Shown: piece by piece, positions 1 to 12,414 of the stretch | Position numbering within the stretch: position 1 is the first letter of the stretch | Layout: every line of letters starts with the position of its first letter | Assembly (NCBI RefSeq): GCF_009834535.1 | Contig: NC_045698.1 | Span: forward strand, 10,108,001 to 10,172,000 | Reading direction: 5' to 3' | Length of the DNA: 64,000 nucleotides | Origin: Camelus ferus | Lineage: Eukaryota | Notes under the pieces: generated by a model | Seen by the model: the letters and a program-made list of their open reading frames with translations, nothing else | What the model was told of the DNA's origin: nothing | The model's database searches: none | Position numbers and translations under genes: made by a program

Positions 1-969
1 AGAGTGATGAGAAAGCGTAGAGTTGGTGAGGGGGATGCTCACCTCAGACCATCAAGAGCAAAGGTCCTGTGGTGAGCACAGTTTTGGCGGAAGACTGGGA
101 GAGCGGATGCTCTCTGGCTGCACCCTGCCAGCCCTATTTGCATAAGTGGCTGAGGTCCTGGCCTGACTGGGTCCTGGCGTTCCAGGGGCCTTCCTGCCTG
201 GATCCTACACAGGATGTGGATGGATATCAAGGCCTGGGAACTGTGGGGACACCCTCAGACATTCTGCTTAGAACAGGCTCCAAAATGTGGGTTTGCAATA
301 AAGGCTCCAGGAGATCCTGAGGTTTGGGACACTGACAAGGTGGATCTCTAATGTCATGCAGTCTGAAGAGCATTCCAAAGGGCAGGGCGTGAGTCAAAGG
401 TTTTCAAGGAGTGGCACAACCCTGCCTGTGCTCCCTGAAGATCCTGGGCTGTGGTCCAAGGAGCAATGACTGGGGCTTGCGGCGACGCTGAAGTGTGGAG
501 AAGGTCTGGAACACAAGCCCTCCCCTGAGGCAGAGCTCCCCACCTCTTCTACTTCTTTGTGACTCTCCCCCAGATTTCCCTGCCTTCAGGTACCTGCAGA
601 GACAAGTCATCATCCCAGCATCATGAATATGTAACTTTCACTGGCTTGTTAACAACTCACTAGGATCACACAAGGGCTCGAGGTCTTGCAAAGCAGCCCT
701 CTGCCCCAAGGAGTTCCAAAGGCTCTCACAGGTGTGTGCCCCTCCCCCCCGTCAGGTTTAGGAGGCCCTGCCCGTGTCCAGCGCAACACCCCCCTGATGC
801 CATGATCTTTCCTGGGGAAACAGAAGCCAGGCTGTGGGCTGCAGGAGAATGGGGAGAGAGGACCACATTCCCTGGGCATTAAGGGGTCTCATAGCTACAC
901 ATTACTTGAATCCCAACATGTAACAGATTTGGTGGCCAGCTCCTTCAGTTTTCATATGGTTGTCACTCG

Positions 970-1098
970 TCTTGGGATCCAGACTTGCATCCAGGAGGCT
1001 GGACTAAAGCCCACTCTTTTTCAAATGTTCATTCTTGGGATCCAGACTTGCATCCAGGAGGCTGGACTGAAGCCCATTCTCTTTTCCAAATTTTCATT
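970..1098 (+). repeat. Tandem duplication, 2 copies of a ~63-bp unit
   Basis: TCTTGGGATCCAGACTTGCATCCAGGAGGCTGGACT(A/G)AAGCCCA... begins at 970 and again at 1033. Confidence 0.92.
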
Positions 1099-1148
1099 CT
1101 CTGCCTACAGTTTTGCTCCTGGTCTGAGCCCCTCACACCTGGATCCTT

Positions 1149-1220
1149 CTCTCCAGTAGATGAGTCTTGACACCAGAGGTTCCTCAGATAGCCTGTACCA
1201 ACAGGCCACCCACCTGTATG
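1149..1220 (+). repeat. Dispersed direct repeat, copy 1 (copy 2 at 6374-6446)
   Basis: CTCTCCAGTAGATGAGTCTTGACACCAGAGGTTCCTCAGATAG...TACCAACAGGCCACCC.ACCTGTATG is nearly identical at both sites. Confidence 0.92.
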
Positions 1221-1629
1221 TAGGAATACCCTTGAAGCGAGAACAGCTGAGTTCTCCTCCCAGGTGGTTCCTTAAAGATTTAAAGTGCCCTATGGTTGAC
1301 CAGTTATACCTAGACATTGCCAAGTGCCTCCATCTGCTGAAATCCATGTTGTGATTGTGTCGCATAGGCATGACACTTCTCGTGTCAAGGCTCCCTAGTT
1401 TATTTTGGTAAAACGGGGTGTTGAGTTAGGTCATCCTTTTCAGCTGTAAGATTCTTAATTCTAAGGCAAGTTAAAAGGCTACGGTAATTGTCCAAACATA
1501 TGATGATGAGTACATAGAGAGGAAAGGATCAAAGAAGATAAGAAGGAGGTCACATAATTGAGGAATTATAATAACCAATGTTATTCTTATAACCAAAGTT
1601 ATCTTATGTGGTATGTAGACCATATTCAG

Positions 1630-1815
1630 CAATTTACATGTATTATCTAATTGAAACCTCAAACAACTGTATGATACAGGAAATACTATTATACTCATTT
1701 TACAGATGAGGAAACCAAGGGTAAGTGTCTTGTATTTACACAGATACAGTAGCTACTTGGAGTTTGCATCTGATGCTGATTCCAGAACCATATTCTTCGC
1801 TACTGTGCTACATAG
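1630..1815 (-). mobile_element. MIR SINE
   Basis: Contains the MIR core CTCATTTTACAGATGAGGAAAC and MIR-like flanks. Confidence 0.8.
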
Positions 1816-1962
1816 CCTATCAAGACAATTTTGATTAAAATAGAAAGCTTTGGATCTTTGAAAGAGAAGGTAGGTCCATGGCATAAAAAGCAAGATCCAG
1901 GAGAGGAACTGTGCTGGAGTCTGTCTTTCCCTTACTCACAATTCAGTCCAATTGGTTTGTCT

Positions 1963-2080
1963 GTCCATCCATCTATTTATCTATGTATCATCTGCCTGCC
2001 TACTTATCCATCCATCCATGCATCCATGCATCCATGCATCCATCCATCCATCCACCCATTCATCCAACTATCCATCTATC
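1963..2080. repeat. Degenerate (CATC)n/(TATC)n microsatellite
   Basis: Runs of CCATCCATCCATGCATCC directly visible. Confidence 0.9.
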
Positions 2081-4258
2081 CCCAGCCTTCTTCAGAAAAG
2101 AACTTGAGGAAACTTAGGAGAACTAGAGAAGTAAAAAATTCTATAATAACAATAAAAGAATAAAAGCCATGTAACAAAGGGGAGTAGATTATTGTAAAAC
2201 TGATGCAAATAAGCACATAACTTAACTCTGAGCATCTTAACTTCCAAGGAATAAAAAGAAACACAGTGAGTTCTATAGTTTGCTTTAGCTCATAAAAGGA
2301 AGCACAACCATCTGTCAGCAGAGACAGACTTTCCTACTACCAAGTCCTAAAACAGTCAGCACATGGGTCTTTATTTATTAAAGGGAAATTAAATAACAGA
2401 AGGCCAGCATCTTCCAATGCAGATGAATCCCAATGAAGGCAGAACACATCATGTTAGATCTTCATTCTTTCTGGAGGACTCCAAGGTAAAATAACCTGGA
2501 CATGTTCCATCTAGGGTAGTTTTTAGATCCTAGACTGGGGAGCTCTAGTTATGTGTGACTTACTGCTCCCCTGTACTTCAACATGGTCTCACCTTCACCT
2601 TCTCATTGGATTCTATCTCAGGAAAGAGAAAAATACAGGGACACCAAGTAGGTAATGTCAGAGAGAGGGGAGAAGACAGGAAAGCAAGAAGACCCGTCAC
2701 CAAGGTGTCATGAAGGTGGGGACTGGGATGGAAGGGAGGGAATGGATGAAAAACTATGGCTTTTAAGTGGTTTCCATCCCGCTACCTTGGAAGAATCCAG
2801 ATAACATAGTATTTCAGGCAATAGATATCAGTTCCTTTTCTTGCTTCACTGAGGGTGCGAAGAGCTGGGAGAAGCTGAACAGAGGAGAGTCTTGCTGAAA
2901 GAACCCAAACCAGAGCTTCCTCCTGCACGTGGGAGTTATTTTCTTGAGTCTCTTCTTTGAGAAAGAACCTTTGCACCATGGAGCAGGTTGGAAGAGAGGT
3001 GGAGGTAACGCCTCCTCCCACGTGGTGAGATCTTGGCTGCTGGCTACTGCTGTGAAGGATACTGCAACATGAGAGGACAGTTGTTCAAAGCCACAAAGTG
3101 TCATCCAGACACATCTGACCTGCCCACCGTGTCCCTGGTCAGAGATCAACCTCGTCTATGCTAGGAAGCTCAGTTTCTCTTTATTCCGTGCGCATAGCCA
3201 TAATTTATTTTAAAACATCACATTGTATTTGTTCTTTGTTCTATGCGTCTTGGCCTTTGACCAAAAGCAATAAAATTCTGACCCAGGAATTCTTCCCTTA
3301 TCACCCCACAGCAAGGAGGGGTTTCTTACGTCTCTGAGTTCCTTTGGCATTTATTGTATCTTCTACCTAATTGAACACATATTCTGTTTTGTAATCACAA
3401 TTGTCTTGTCAAGTGACTGGGTCTTAGCCTTACAACTACATCTTGTCTCTTAGAGCTCCATGCACAGGGTCGGGCTCAGACAGGCGCTGAGCGTTGGCTG
3501 ATGTCTGACTTCCAAAGCTGGAGCCGCTTCCTGGCTGCCTGGGCTGCCCTCCTTTGCCCACCTGATGAGCCCTCCACCTTTCTTCACTCCACTCTGTCCT
3601 CAGGAGGCTGACAGGGGTGGACTCATCCACAGCCTCCCCTGCTCTCGCTCCTGGTTGGGTGCAGCCATTGGGAAGCACGGGCAGCAGATGGAGGGCGGGA
3701 GGAGAGGGCTGGACTGTTTATTCCTCTGGCTTCCTCCCTGTCGAGCTCCAGGCCCACAACTCAACCACCGTAACCAGAAATTGTCCCAAGAGCTGCTTGT
3801 TTGCCTCACATTCCATAATCTCTGGGAAGGTCCCCGCTTCTGTGGGTTTAGTTATGATCCTCTCCTGCTACTTTGAACTTCTTCGTTTCTTGACTGAAGA
3901 GTGAATGAACCACCAGCTGCACACCCTCTGTAAGACTGTGCAGCTCAAGGGGAGCAACTGCCACGTACACCTGCTGCAGGAAGGATCTTCAAGCCCCTTC
4001 TGGCTAGGGGAGGGAGAGCAGCGTGCCCTGTGGCTGGTCAAGGACAGCACCTGCCATGGGAGATCCCCAGCTGGCCCCACAAGGCCTGTCGGTTGAGGAC
4101 GGTGAGGTGTGTGGTCAGACCCCTGACTCTCATGGCCGTTGGTGTGTTTTGCCCACTGGGAGGAGTCCCTCTAAGGCTTCTACTACTGCAGCAGCCTGCT
4201 TCCGGCCAGTTTCCCCTTTTCATCCTTTATGTGAGGGCCTAAGAATGTCCCAAGATGC

Positions 4259-4594
4259 TGTTTTAGTGCTTTCGGGCTGCTCTAACAAAATACTATAAAG
4301 TAGGTGGCCTATAAACAACAAGCATTGGTTTCTTAGAGTTCTGCAGGCCGGGAAGTCCAAGATCCTGGTGCCGATAGACTCAGCATCTGGTGACGCTCCT
4401 CTTCCTGGACGGCTGTCTTTTCCCAGGCAAGGGAGCTCTGTGGAGCCTCTTTCATGAGAGCACTAATCCCATTCATGGGGGTGCCACCCTCATGACCTAT
4501 TCAGCTCCCAAAGGCTTCATTTCCTCCCATCACCTTAGGGGTTAGGATGTCAACTTACAAATCTTGCAGGGACTCCAACATTCAGTCCATAGCA
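4259..4594. mobile_element. MaLR solo LTR (MLT1A-like)
   Basis: TG..TTAGT..CGGGCTGCT.TAACAAAATAC at one end, GGGAAGTCCAAGATC and GCACTAATCCCATTCATG internally, ACATTCAGTCCATAGCA at the other end. Confidence 0.85.
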
Positions 4595-4664
4595 CATGCC
4601 CTGACACTCTCCTGCCTTGTTCTGAATTAGCCACAGCTGTATCTATCAGACTCAATTTTTATTT

Positions 4665-5385
4665 ATTTCTGTTTAAACAGCTTTATTGACACATCATTCA
4701 CATACTGTACAATTCACCCATTTAAAGTACACAACGCAGTGCTTTTTAGTGTATTCCACCCTCTCTCAATCCCTGGCAACTACGAATCTACTTTCTGTCT
4801 CCATGGATTTGCCTACTCTGGACATTTTTTATATAAATGGAATCATGAAATCTGTGGCCTTTTGTGACTGGCTTCTTTCATGTAGCAGAATGTTTTCAGG
4901 AGTCATCTATGTTGCATCAGTGCTTCATTCCTTTTACAGCTGAATAATACCCCATTGCACGGATATACATTTTCTTTATACATCCATCAATTGATGGACA
5001 TTTGAGTTGTTTCCAATTTTGGGGCTGCCATGAACAGTGCTGCCATGAACATTTGCACACAGATTTTTGTGTGGACATGAGTTTTCATTTCTCTCAGATA
5101 TATATCCAGGAGGAGAGTAACTGGGTCTTATGGTGACTGTGTTTAACTTTTCGAAGAACTGCCAGATTGTTTTCTGAAGTGGCTGCACCAGTTTACACTC
5201 CCACCAACAGTGAATGAGGTTTTAGTGTCCCTATGTCCTTGTCAGAATTTGGTTCTGGCGGCTTTTTCTTTTTTTTTTTTTTTTTTAATTACGGCGGTTC
5301 CATTGGGTGTGAGGTGGTAGCTCATTCCGGTTCCCTGGTGGCTAATCATATTCACCACCTTTTCATGTGCTTATTGGCCACCTGT
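4665..5385 (-). mobile_element. L1 (L1MB-like) 3' fragment
   Basis: CAGCTTTATTGA..ACAATTCACCCATTTAAAGT and GGCAACTAC.AATCTACTTTCTGTCTC. The minus-strand ORF 4976-5188 resembles degenerate L1 ORF2 C-terminus (QPLQKTIWQFF..L). Confidence 0.88.
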
Positions 5386-5394
5386 ATACAATTT

Positions 5395-5735
5395 TTATGT
5401 CCACAATTCCCTATCCAAAACCTTAGGAACCAGATGGATTTCAGAATTCTCACCCTTTCTGAAGTTCATTAAAAAAAATGTTCAGATATGGAAAGGTAAC
5501 GCAGTTTGTATACTATAAAACGCTTAGCACCCCCCAGGAAGCTCTTGGGTAGCACCCCCAAAATCACATCCTTCAATATTTATGCAGCAAAAACATGATT
5601 CACTCTAAATGTGATAAAGTATACACGTAGCCTCACATGATGTTAAGTCAGTTTTTGCCACTAAATGAGTTACAAAGAACAGTGGTTTTCAGAACTTTTG
5701 GATTTTGGAGTCACAGAGAAGGGATAAACACCTGC
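5395..5735. mobile_element. Tigger-type MITE (MER46C-like)
   Basis: TCCCTATCCAAAA..GAACCAGA at the left end and the inverted TTTTGGATTTTGG..AAGGGATA..CACCTG at the right end. Confidence 0.6.
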
Positions 5736-6373
5736 ACCTGCCTTTGGGTTCCAGCCAAGGCTGTGTTGTGGCAGTGATCCAGTGGTGCCTCCCGTGAGCA
5801 CTGCCCTCTGTAGTGTGGCTTTTTGAGGCCAGCTGGGGAGTAGAGCGCAAAGACAAGGTGTCAGGTCCCCTCCCTCCCTGACCTGACTTACATGTGACCC
5901 CGTCCCAGACTTGGGTGCCGTTCTCAGCCTAGCCCCACAGTTGCCTCGGGGGTTACTGAGGTCACTGTGCTTATCCAGAAAGAGAGGTGTGGTCGAAGGT
6001 ACTTTCAGGACACAGGGGAGGGAAGTAGTGGGGAGGGCAGCATTGCACAGGGTGGGGTGAATGTTAAGCCCTGCAATTACTCCCAGATATCTCTACTGTA
6101 CTTTCCGGAACCTTTAACTCTACTTGTACAAACAGAGAAAGGCTGAGAATTCAGCCAGTGCTGAAACTGGGTGAACAGTGTGCATGACTATTTTGGGGTT
6201 TTCACAGAAATGGGCTCCCCACTTAGGACTGGGAGGAGAGTAATTCCAATGAATATGTGGGGAGAGGCTCTCAGCCTTCTCCCCAGTTCTGCTCCAAAGT
6301 CATAGCCATTTGCTCGGTGAGGGTTTGTGACCTAGAATCATCCCCTGCAACGGATTTCCTTTCCAGTAAGGTG

Positions 6374-6446
6374 CTCTCCAGTAGATGAGTCTTGACACCA
6401 GAGGTTCCTCAGATAGGCTCTACCAACAGGCCACCCCACCTGTATG
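6374..6446 (+). repeat. Dispersed direct repeat, copy 2 (copy 1 at 1149-1220)
   Basis: Same ~72-bp sequence with about two substitutions and a 1-nt indel. Confidence 0.92.
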
Positions 6447-9143
6447 CACCCTGGCAGGTCTCCCTCCAGCCCCTCCCTGCACTTACTTCCTCTGCTGCCG
6501 GGTTACGCTGTTCTTTGCCTCATGTCTCCAAGTCTCCTAATTCAAGTAGGAATGAGTTCAGTCTGGCTTGTCTCCCGGTCCTTTCTTACTCCTCCGATGA
6601 AGGCGTTGGGGATGGAGGCGGGCAGACAGGGGCTGGCTGGTATAAGAAATGACTGCCTATGGAATCTTCCAGGGGAGGAGGGCGGCTCCTGAAGGCCAGG
6701 GTCAGGCAGGCAACGTTCATTTCTCTAGTTCACTGGTCGAGTTCACACAGCTGGTCAATATCCGAGACGGCACCAAAAACTAGTTGTCACTGGGACTTCT
6801 TTTTCCTCCGCGATGCTACCTACCCGGCGTCTCTGAAAGAAGACAGTCAACTGTACTGGTTTTGGAAAGAAATCCGATCCACTGATTGAGGTTTCTTGCT
6901 GCTTTGCGTAGCTCCTGACTTTACTCTGAGGCCAGAGATAAGGAAACAAGGAGTAAAAAGAGAGCCGAGGTGCTCTCTAAGTAGTTTTCTTGTTGTGTCT
7001 CTAGGTCCCTAAGACCAGGCAGCCGGGTGGGAGGTGCATGGGCAGGACCCCCGGTCTGGGCAGGAAAGGAGTCCTCTGAGGTGTGGCTGTACAAGAAGTT
7101 GAGTCAGTGCTAGGGGCTCGCAGCAGGGACAAAGCCAGTCACCCAGGGCCACCCCACCTTTCTCTCTGCGCGTGGGTATCCTTGAGCTCCGAGTCAGCTC
7201 TGCCTGGAGCGGGTCCCATTAGTTTGTGTGATAGTCCTCAAGCATCTTCCGGAGCCTTCACACTGGGAGGTGACAGCTGCTGGTTTCTAGTTAGGGCTCT
7301 CGCCATAATTGTCTTTCACAAAGTTTTTTATAAACGTCTGTTTTATTTTCTAACATTCTGATGAGTCCACACAATCTCCAACTTTCTACCTTAAATCATG
7401 AAGAATCTTCTTATACAATAGTCCACACCTGTGATCTTTCTGATTATAAGGCAGAGTACTTACAAAATGCCTGTGAGGTTTTACTGAGGTTCCTCTACTT
7501 CGATTGCATCTCCTATTTTCCCCCACACTCAATCACAGTGGTCTCCTCTATTTTCTTCAAATAGCCAAACACAATGGGCTGCCTCAGGGCCTTTGCCCAT
7601 GCAGCCTTCAGTGAGTAATCAATGACCCTAAAATATAAAATCTTTAGCACCTTAGCAAATGAACCAGGGTCAGAATTTTTCTCAGGGTCCACACTAGACA
7701 GAGGCAGTAAGATCAGCTCTAGGCAAAAACAAAGTAGGTGCTTTTTTATTGGTAACTTCCAACACTCTTTTTCTTCTTTTATCCCTTTTATTACTCCTGC
7801 CAACACTGGGCTAATCCACTAATCCTCTCTATCAGGCATTAAGTGATAAAGGTTTAAGATGTTAGCACTCCCTGGAGTATTTATCCCTTAGAGAAATCTT
7901 GAAGACCAGAAGTTGGCCAGGATCAGAAAGAATGACTCTCACCGGGTAGAATTTCACATTCTGCATATTTTGGGCTGGGGGCTCAATTTGAAATTCTCTG
8001 AGGTACTGGCCAGGGACAGAAAGTCAGCAGTTATTAAGCAATGAGCCATAACACTGATCAATTTGAAGCCAAGGCAGCAAATGTAGACATTGTTACTTCT
8101 CCTGTACAATCTTCTCATTTACATACCAGTAATGACAAAACCTTGCAACTTTCACATTTGAGCTCCTTTCAAAGCCAAATCTATCTCTATCTTTATTATT
8201 GGGTTTCCCTGCTACCAGATCCAGATCTTCATCAACTCATACCCCAAGTGCAGGCAGGCATAAGCAGGTGAACACACACACACCCTCATATGCTCCCTAA
8301 TTCCATCCCCTGTTCCTTTCCCAGGCTCATTGCCACCTAATTCCCTTTTCTACCTCCCACACCACGTCTTTTTGCTTGGTTTGTATATTCAGAGCTATTG
8401 CAATGACAAAAAAAATTACTGGAGTAAAGGGCTCAGAAGAGTCAGACAGAAAGGTCCAAGCCACAGCCCAGCTCGTTCTGCTCTGAATCCATATTCACAA
8501 GCGTAGTAGCACCCTAGAAGTGGCTGACTGACTTTGACAGGTGATTGGTTAAAGTGGCTTAGTAGAGGTCACCCCAAATCAAGGAAAGCCAAGAAATCCA
8601 AGAAGCTGGGTCCATTTGTAGTCATTTGTGAGCTAACTTAACATGGCCTGGGCTAAACTGGATGCCCTGGCCCCAGTGGGTCTGTTTCTCTCCTTTTTCA
8701 TGCTCCTGAATCTGCCTCAGGACCAACAGAGGGACTCTCAGGGCACTTCAGGTCACACCACTCAGGGCCACCCACTGTGTGGCATAAAAACTCAGCCCTT
8801 GGCCCTGTGCCCTGTTCACTTTAACACTCATCTCCTTGGCAGATGAGTCAAGTCTAAAGCTCAAGGTATCTTTATGCTCTTTAGCTCAAATTTAGAGTTA
8901 GGGTTCCAACTCTGGCCAGAGGTCAAGCCTCTCAAGTTGTCTTCTGGGCACTTCCACAGTACATCCTCATTAACATTGATTCACTCCCCAAACCATTCAA
9001 CCTGGAACTCGCCACATTCCTCTGGATTCTTTCTCTTTCTTTTTATCTTACACACTCATCAAATACTATCTATAAGATCAACATATACATTTCTCTCTAG
9101 AATGACACTTTCACTCAAAAATGTGGAGGACCAGTTTAGCTGG

Positions 9144-9619
9144 TGTATTTCTTAGGGCTGCTGCAACTGTGAGAACCACAGACTAGGTGGTTTAAAACAG
9201 TTCTGGAGGTTAGAGGTTTGAAATCAAAGTGCCAGTAGAGCCATGCTCTGTCTAAAACACGTAGGGGGGTCCTTCTTTGCGTCTCTCCTGGCTTCTGGTG
9301 GTTTGCTGGCAATCTTTGGCATTCCTTGGCTTGTAGATAACATCATTCCAGTCCTCCATTCTCCCTGTGTGTTTGTCTTCACATGACTACCTTCTTAGAA
9401 AGGCACCAGTTATGTTGGATTAGGGGCCCACCTGGCTCCAGTATGAACTCATCTTATTTATATCTGCAACGACCCTACTTCCAAACAAGGTCACATTTTA
9501 AGGTACTAGGGGATAATACTTAAACGTATTTTATTTGAGTTATAGTCATTTTACAATGTCGTGTCAAATTCTTAAACGTATTTTTTTTTTTGGTAGGGGA
9601 CACAATTCAACCCAAAACA
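9144..9619. mobile_element. MaLR solo LTR (MLT1B/C-like), interrupted by a 38-nt L1 insertion
   Basis: TGTATT.TCTTAGGGCTGCTG at one end; CTTCTGGTGGTTTGCTGGCAATCTTTGGCATTCCTTGGCTTGTAGA internally; GGGGACACAATTCAACCCA at the other end. Confidence 0.85.
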
Positions 9620-9639
9620 ACCGGTGAGTTAAGATATTG

Positions 9640-10025
9640 TTTTTTTTTTTAATTTTTTATTGAAGTGTGGTTGATTTACAATGTTAGTTTCAAGTGTACA
9701 GCAAAGTGACTCAGTTATACATATTACATACACATATATTTTTTCTTTTCAAGTTCTTTTCCATTATATATTATTTTAAGAAACTGAATATAGTTCTCTG
9801 TGCTATACAATAGGTCCTTATTGTTTTTTTTAATCTATTTTATACATAGTCATGTGTCTGTTAATCCCTAACCCCTAATTTATCCCTCCCTCTGCCCTTT
9901 CCCCTTTGCTAATCATAGTTTGTTTTCTATGTACATGAGTCTGTTTTTGGTGTGTAAACAGAATTTTTCTTTTTTTAAGATTCCATGTATAAGTGATATA
10001 TTTGTCTTTGTCTGACTTAATTCAC
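9640..10025 (-). mobile_element. Lineage-specific (camelid/artiodactyl-type) L1 3' end with target-site duplication
   Basis: Poly-T then TTTTATTGAAGTGTGGTTGATTTACAATGTTAGTTTCAAGTGTACAGCAAAGTGACTCAG. TSD-like TTAAGATATTGTTT (9629) and TTAAGACATTATTT (10026). Confidence 0.85.
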
Positions 10026-12414
10026 TTAAGACATTATTTACATATGGAAATAAATACAGATGTGTAAGGAGAAGGAAAAATTCTAAAAAATGCATTTCTA
10101 AGAAAAAGCCGTCAACTTCAAAGACATGGCTGCTTGGGTTCGCCTCCAAGATCCTCAGTGATACAACTTTCACCTGCCTCTTCACTTTCCTCCATCTTCA
10201 GGGTTTCTTTGGTGGAAAAGTTTGAGCTGATAAAAAACTATACCTGGCCTATCCACCAGGAGCTGGTTCGGCTGCACAAAGCTGAATACTCAATGTACAG
10301 CCATGTAACTAAATCAGGGTCTTCTTGTTCTTGTATGTTTCCATGTAACAAGAAGCCCAGAGGTGTGCAGCCCCCCAGCCATCTGTACCACGTGCTTCTG
10401 TCCTCATGTTTACCTTCTCACAGTCACACAGTGGCCTCTTCACCCCCAGCATTTTGTCTGTGTTCTGAAGAGGACAAAGGGCAAAGGGCCAAGAGCATGC
10501 ACCACTGTGTCTGAACTCTTTCTTGTGAGCCCTGCCCAGTCCTCTCCATTCATTGGCCAGCACCCTGTCATGTGGCCCTCAGAGCTGGGAAATGCAGCGT
10601 ATTAGCCGGGCATAGGTACTCATAAGAAGGAGAGGAAGGATATCGAGTAGACAGCTTGCTGTGTCTCCCCCAGCTGGCTCTCTCCTTTTTTATTTGCCCC
10701 ATGCCTTCGAGACCAGTTTAGCTCTAGGCACACAGGACACAGGCTGATGCTTGTGCACTGATTGCAAGGGATCTCCTCATCTTGCAGGCAAGACATTAAA
10801 CACAAACGATGCAAATGATACAATGCAGTATAGGATGGAATGCCAGAACGACGGGTTCTCCAGAATACAGAGAAGGGAGAGGTCAATTTGAGTTATGCAG
10901 CAGCTTCAGGAAAGGGGATGAAATTGGAGCTGAATTTTCAAAGTGGGGTAGGATCAACAGCAGCTGTCATGAAACCCTTTTAGCTCCCCCTACACATGCT
11001 CAGATGGCATAAGGAAAAAAATCCTGTGTACAGCCTTTCTCTTATTGTAGTCTGGGGGAGCCTTCCCGCATATTCCACCCGCAGACACAAGTCTTCTACA
11101 GCGTTTCTTGAAAAGGACTCTACCTGAGATAGAACAATTGGTTGATATCTGGGGCTCCACACTAGAGAGCTCTTTTTGTCCAAACACACACCAGTCATTT
11201 CCTCTCCACTCCGATCCCCAGCACCCTCAGCAGTCATTACTGTGCAGTCAGCATTCCCTCTCAGGCCAGCTCCCAATGCCCAGAACTTGCCTCCACCCAA
11301 GAACCCTCCAGCAGGAGTTAGCCTTTTCCAGTGCGTGCATCCCAAGTACCACCACTAAGGTACTGCCATTCTTTCCATGGCTACACGACATCCAGTCTTT
11401 CCCTCGGCCCCCAGTAGTTTTTATTTTTTTTAAATTCTGGACTTTTCTCCACCATTTAGGCAGCAAAGGGGGCTTTGTATTCACTACCAGCAGAATAGGT
11501 TACTATGGGAAGGATGCAGAGGGAAAGAAAGAAGTTAGCACTTGGCTTCTGAATTTCAGGAGACACTTTCAGAACCTATGACACAGAGGAAATACTTGGA
11601 GGGAAAGAGTTTTTAAATTTAAAAGAGGCTCCCAGGAACACAAAGGTTATGCCAAAAATAAAAGATTTCGAAGAAAGTGTGAGGAACCTGGAGTGAAGTT
11701 TTCTTCTTGCGGAAGAAACAACAATTCTGCAATTTGAGGGAGAGACAATGGATCGTATTAGACCCTGATTTCAGTCTCTGAGGAAGGAAGTCTGTGTCCA
11801 GGTAGGCTTGAGGGATCTGGGAGCAGAGAGCACTTGGCCTCACTCCTGGGGTGGGGAGTGGGGGTGAGAGGAGGGGTGGGACTGAGAATCCCAGTGAGTA
11901 GCTGAATGTCTTCCTGAGTGCTTGGGAGCAACTCAGGAGGGGTGCTGACTGCCAGCAGACCTTGAGAGACCCCGAGGTTTGGTGAGGAGGCTGCAACAGC
12001 AGAAAGCAGCAAGGTCATGGTAATGCCTGCAGTCCAGGCAGGAGTGTCAGGGAGATGGACAGACAGATATGGGACACACATCTGCACTGGTACCAGCATG
12101 AACCCATGATGCCCAAGGACCAGGTGCAATCTCCCATCCCCACCCCATGCTATATCACCGGTGCTTCTGGGAGCTTGGGTGCAACCCTGGGGAGAAGGTA
12201 AGATGGGGAAAGGTACTCAGCTGACAAAGAAACCCTGGACATTGTTCCTCCTAAACTAGGATTAAGCCATGAGGAGGAATGGGAGCTGGAGATAGAAAGT
12301 ACCCAACAGAAAAATAAGAAAAAGAAACACTGTCAGGACACCTGGGCTGATGGCTTGTGAAACTGGAACCTAATGAATTTGTTTTTTGAGATTCTGCACA
12401 TACAATTAAAATAT

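Noticed and set aside
970..1220. CRISPR-like repeat-spacer array or other prokaryotic system
   Set aside because: Only two tandem copies with no unique spacers; the window is mammalian throughout with no bacterial-type genes.
4686..5472. ORFs 4686-4943, 4976-5188 and 5233-5472 as genes
   Set aside because: They lie in a degenerate L1 fragment; similarity is to decayed L1 sequence.
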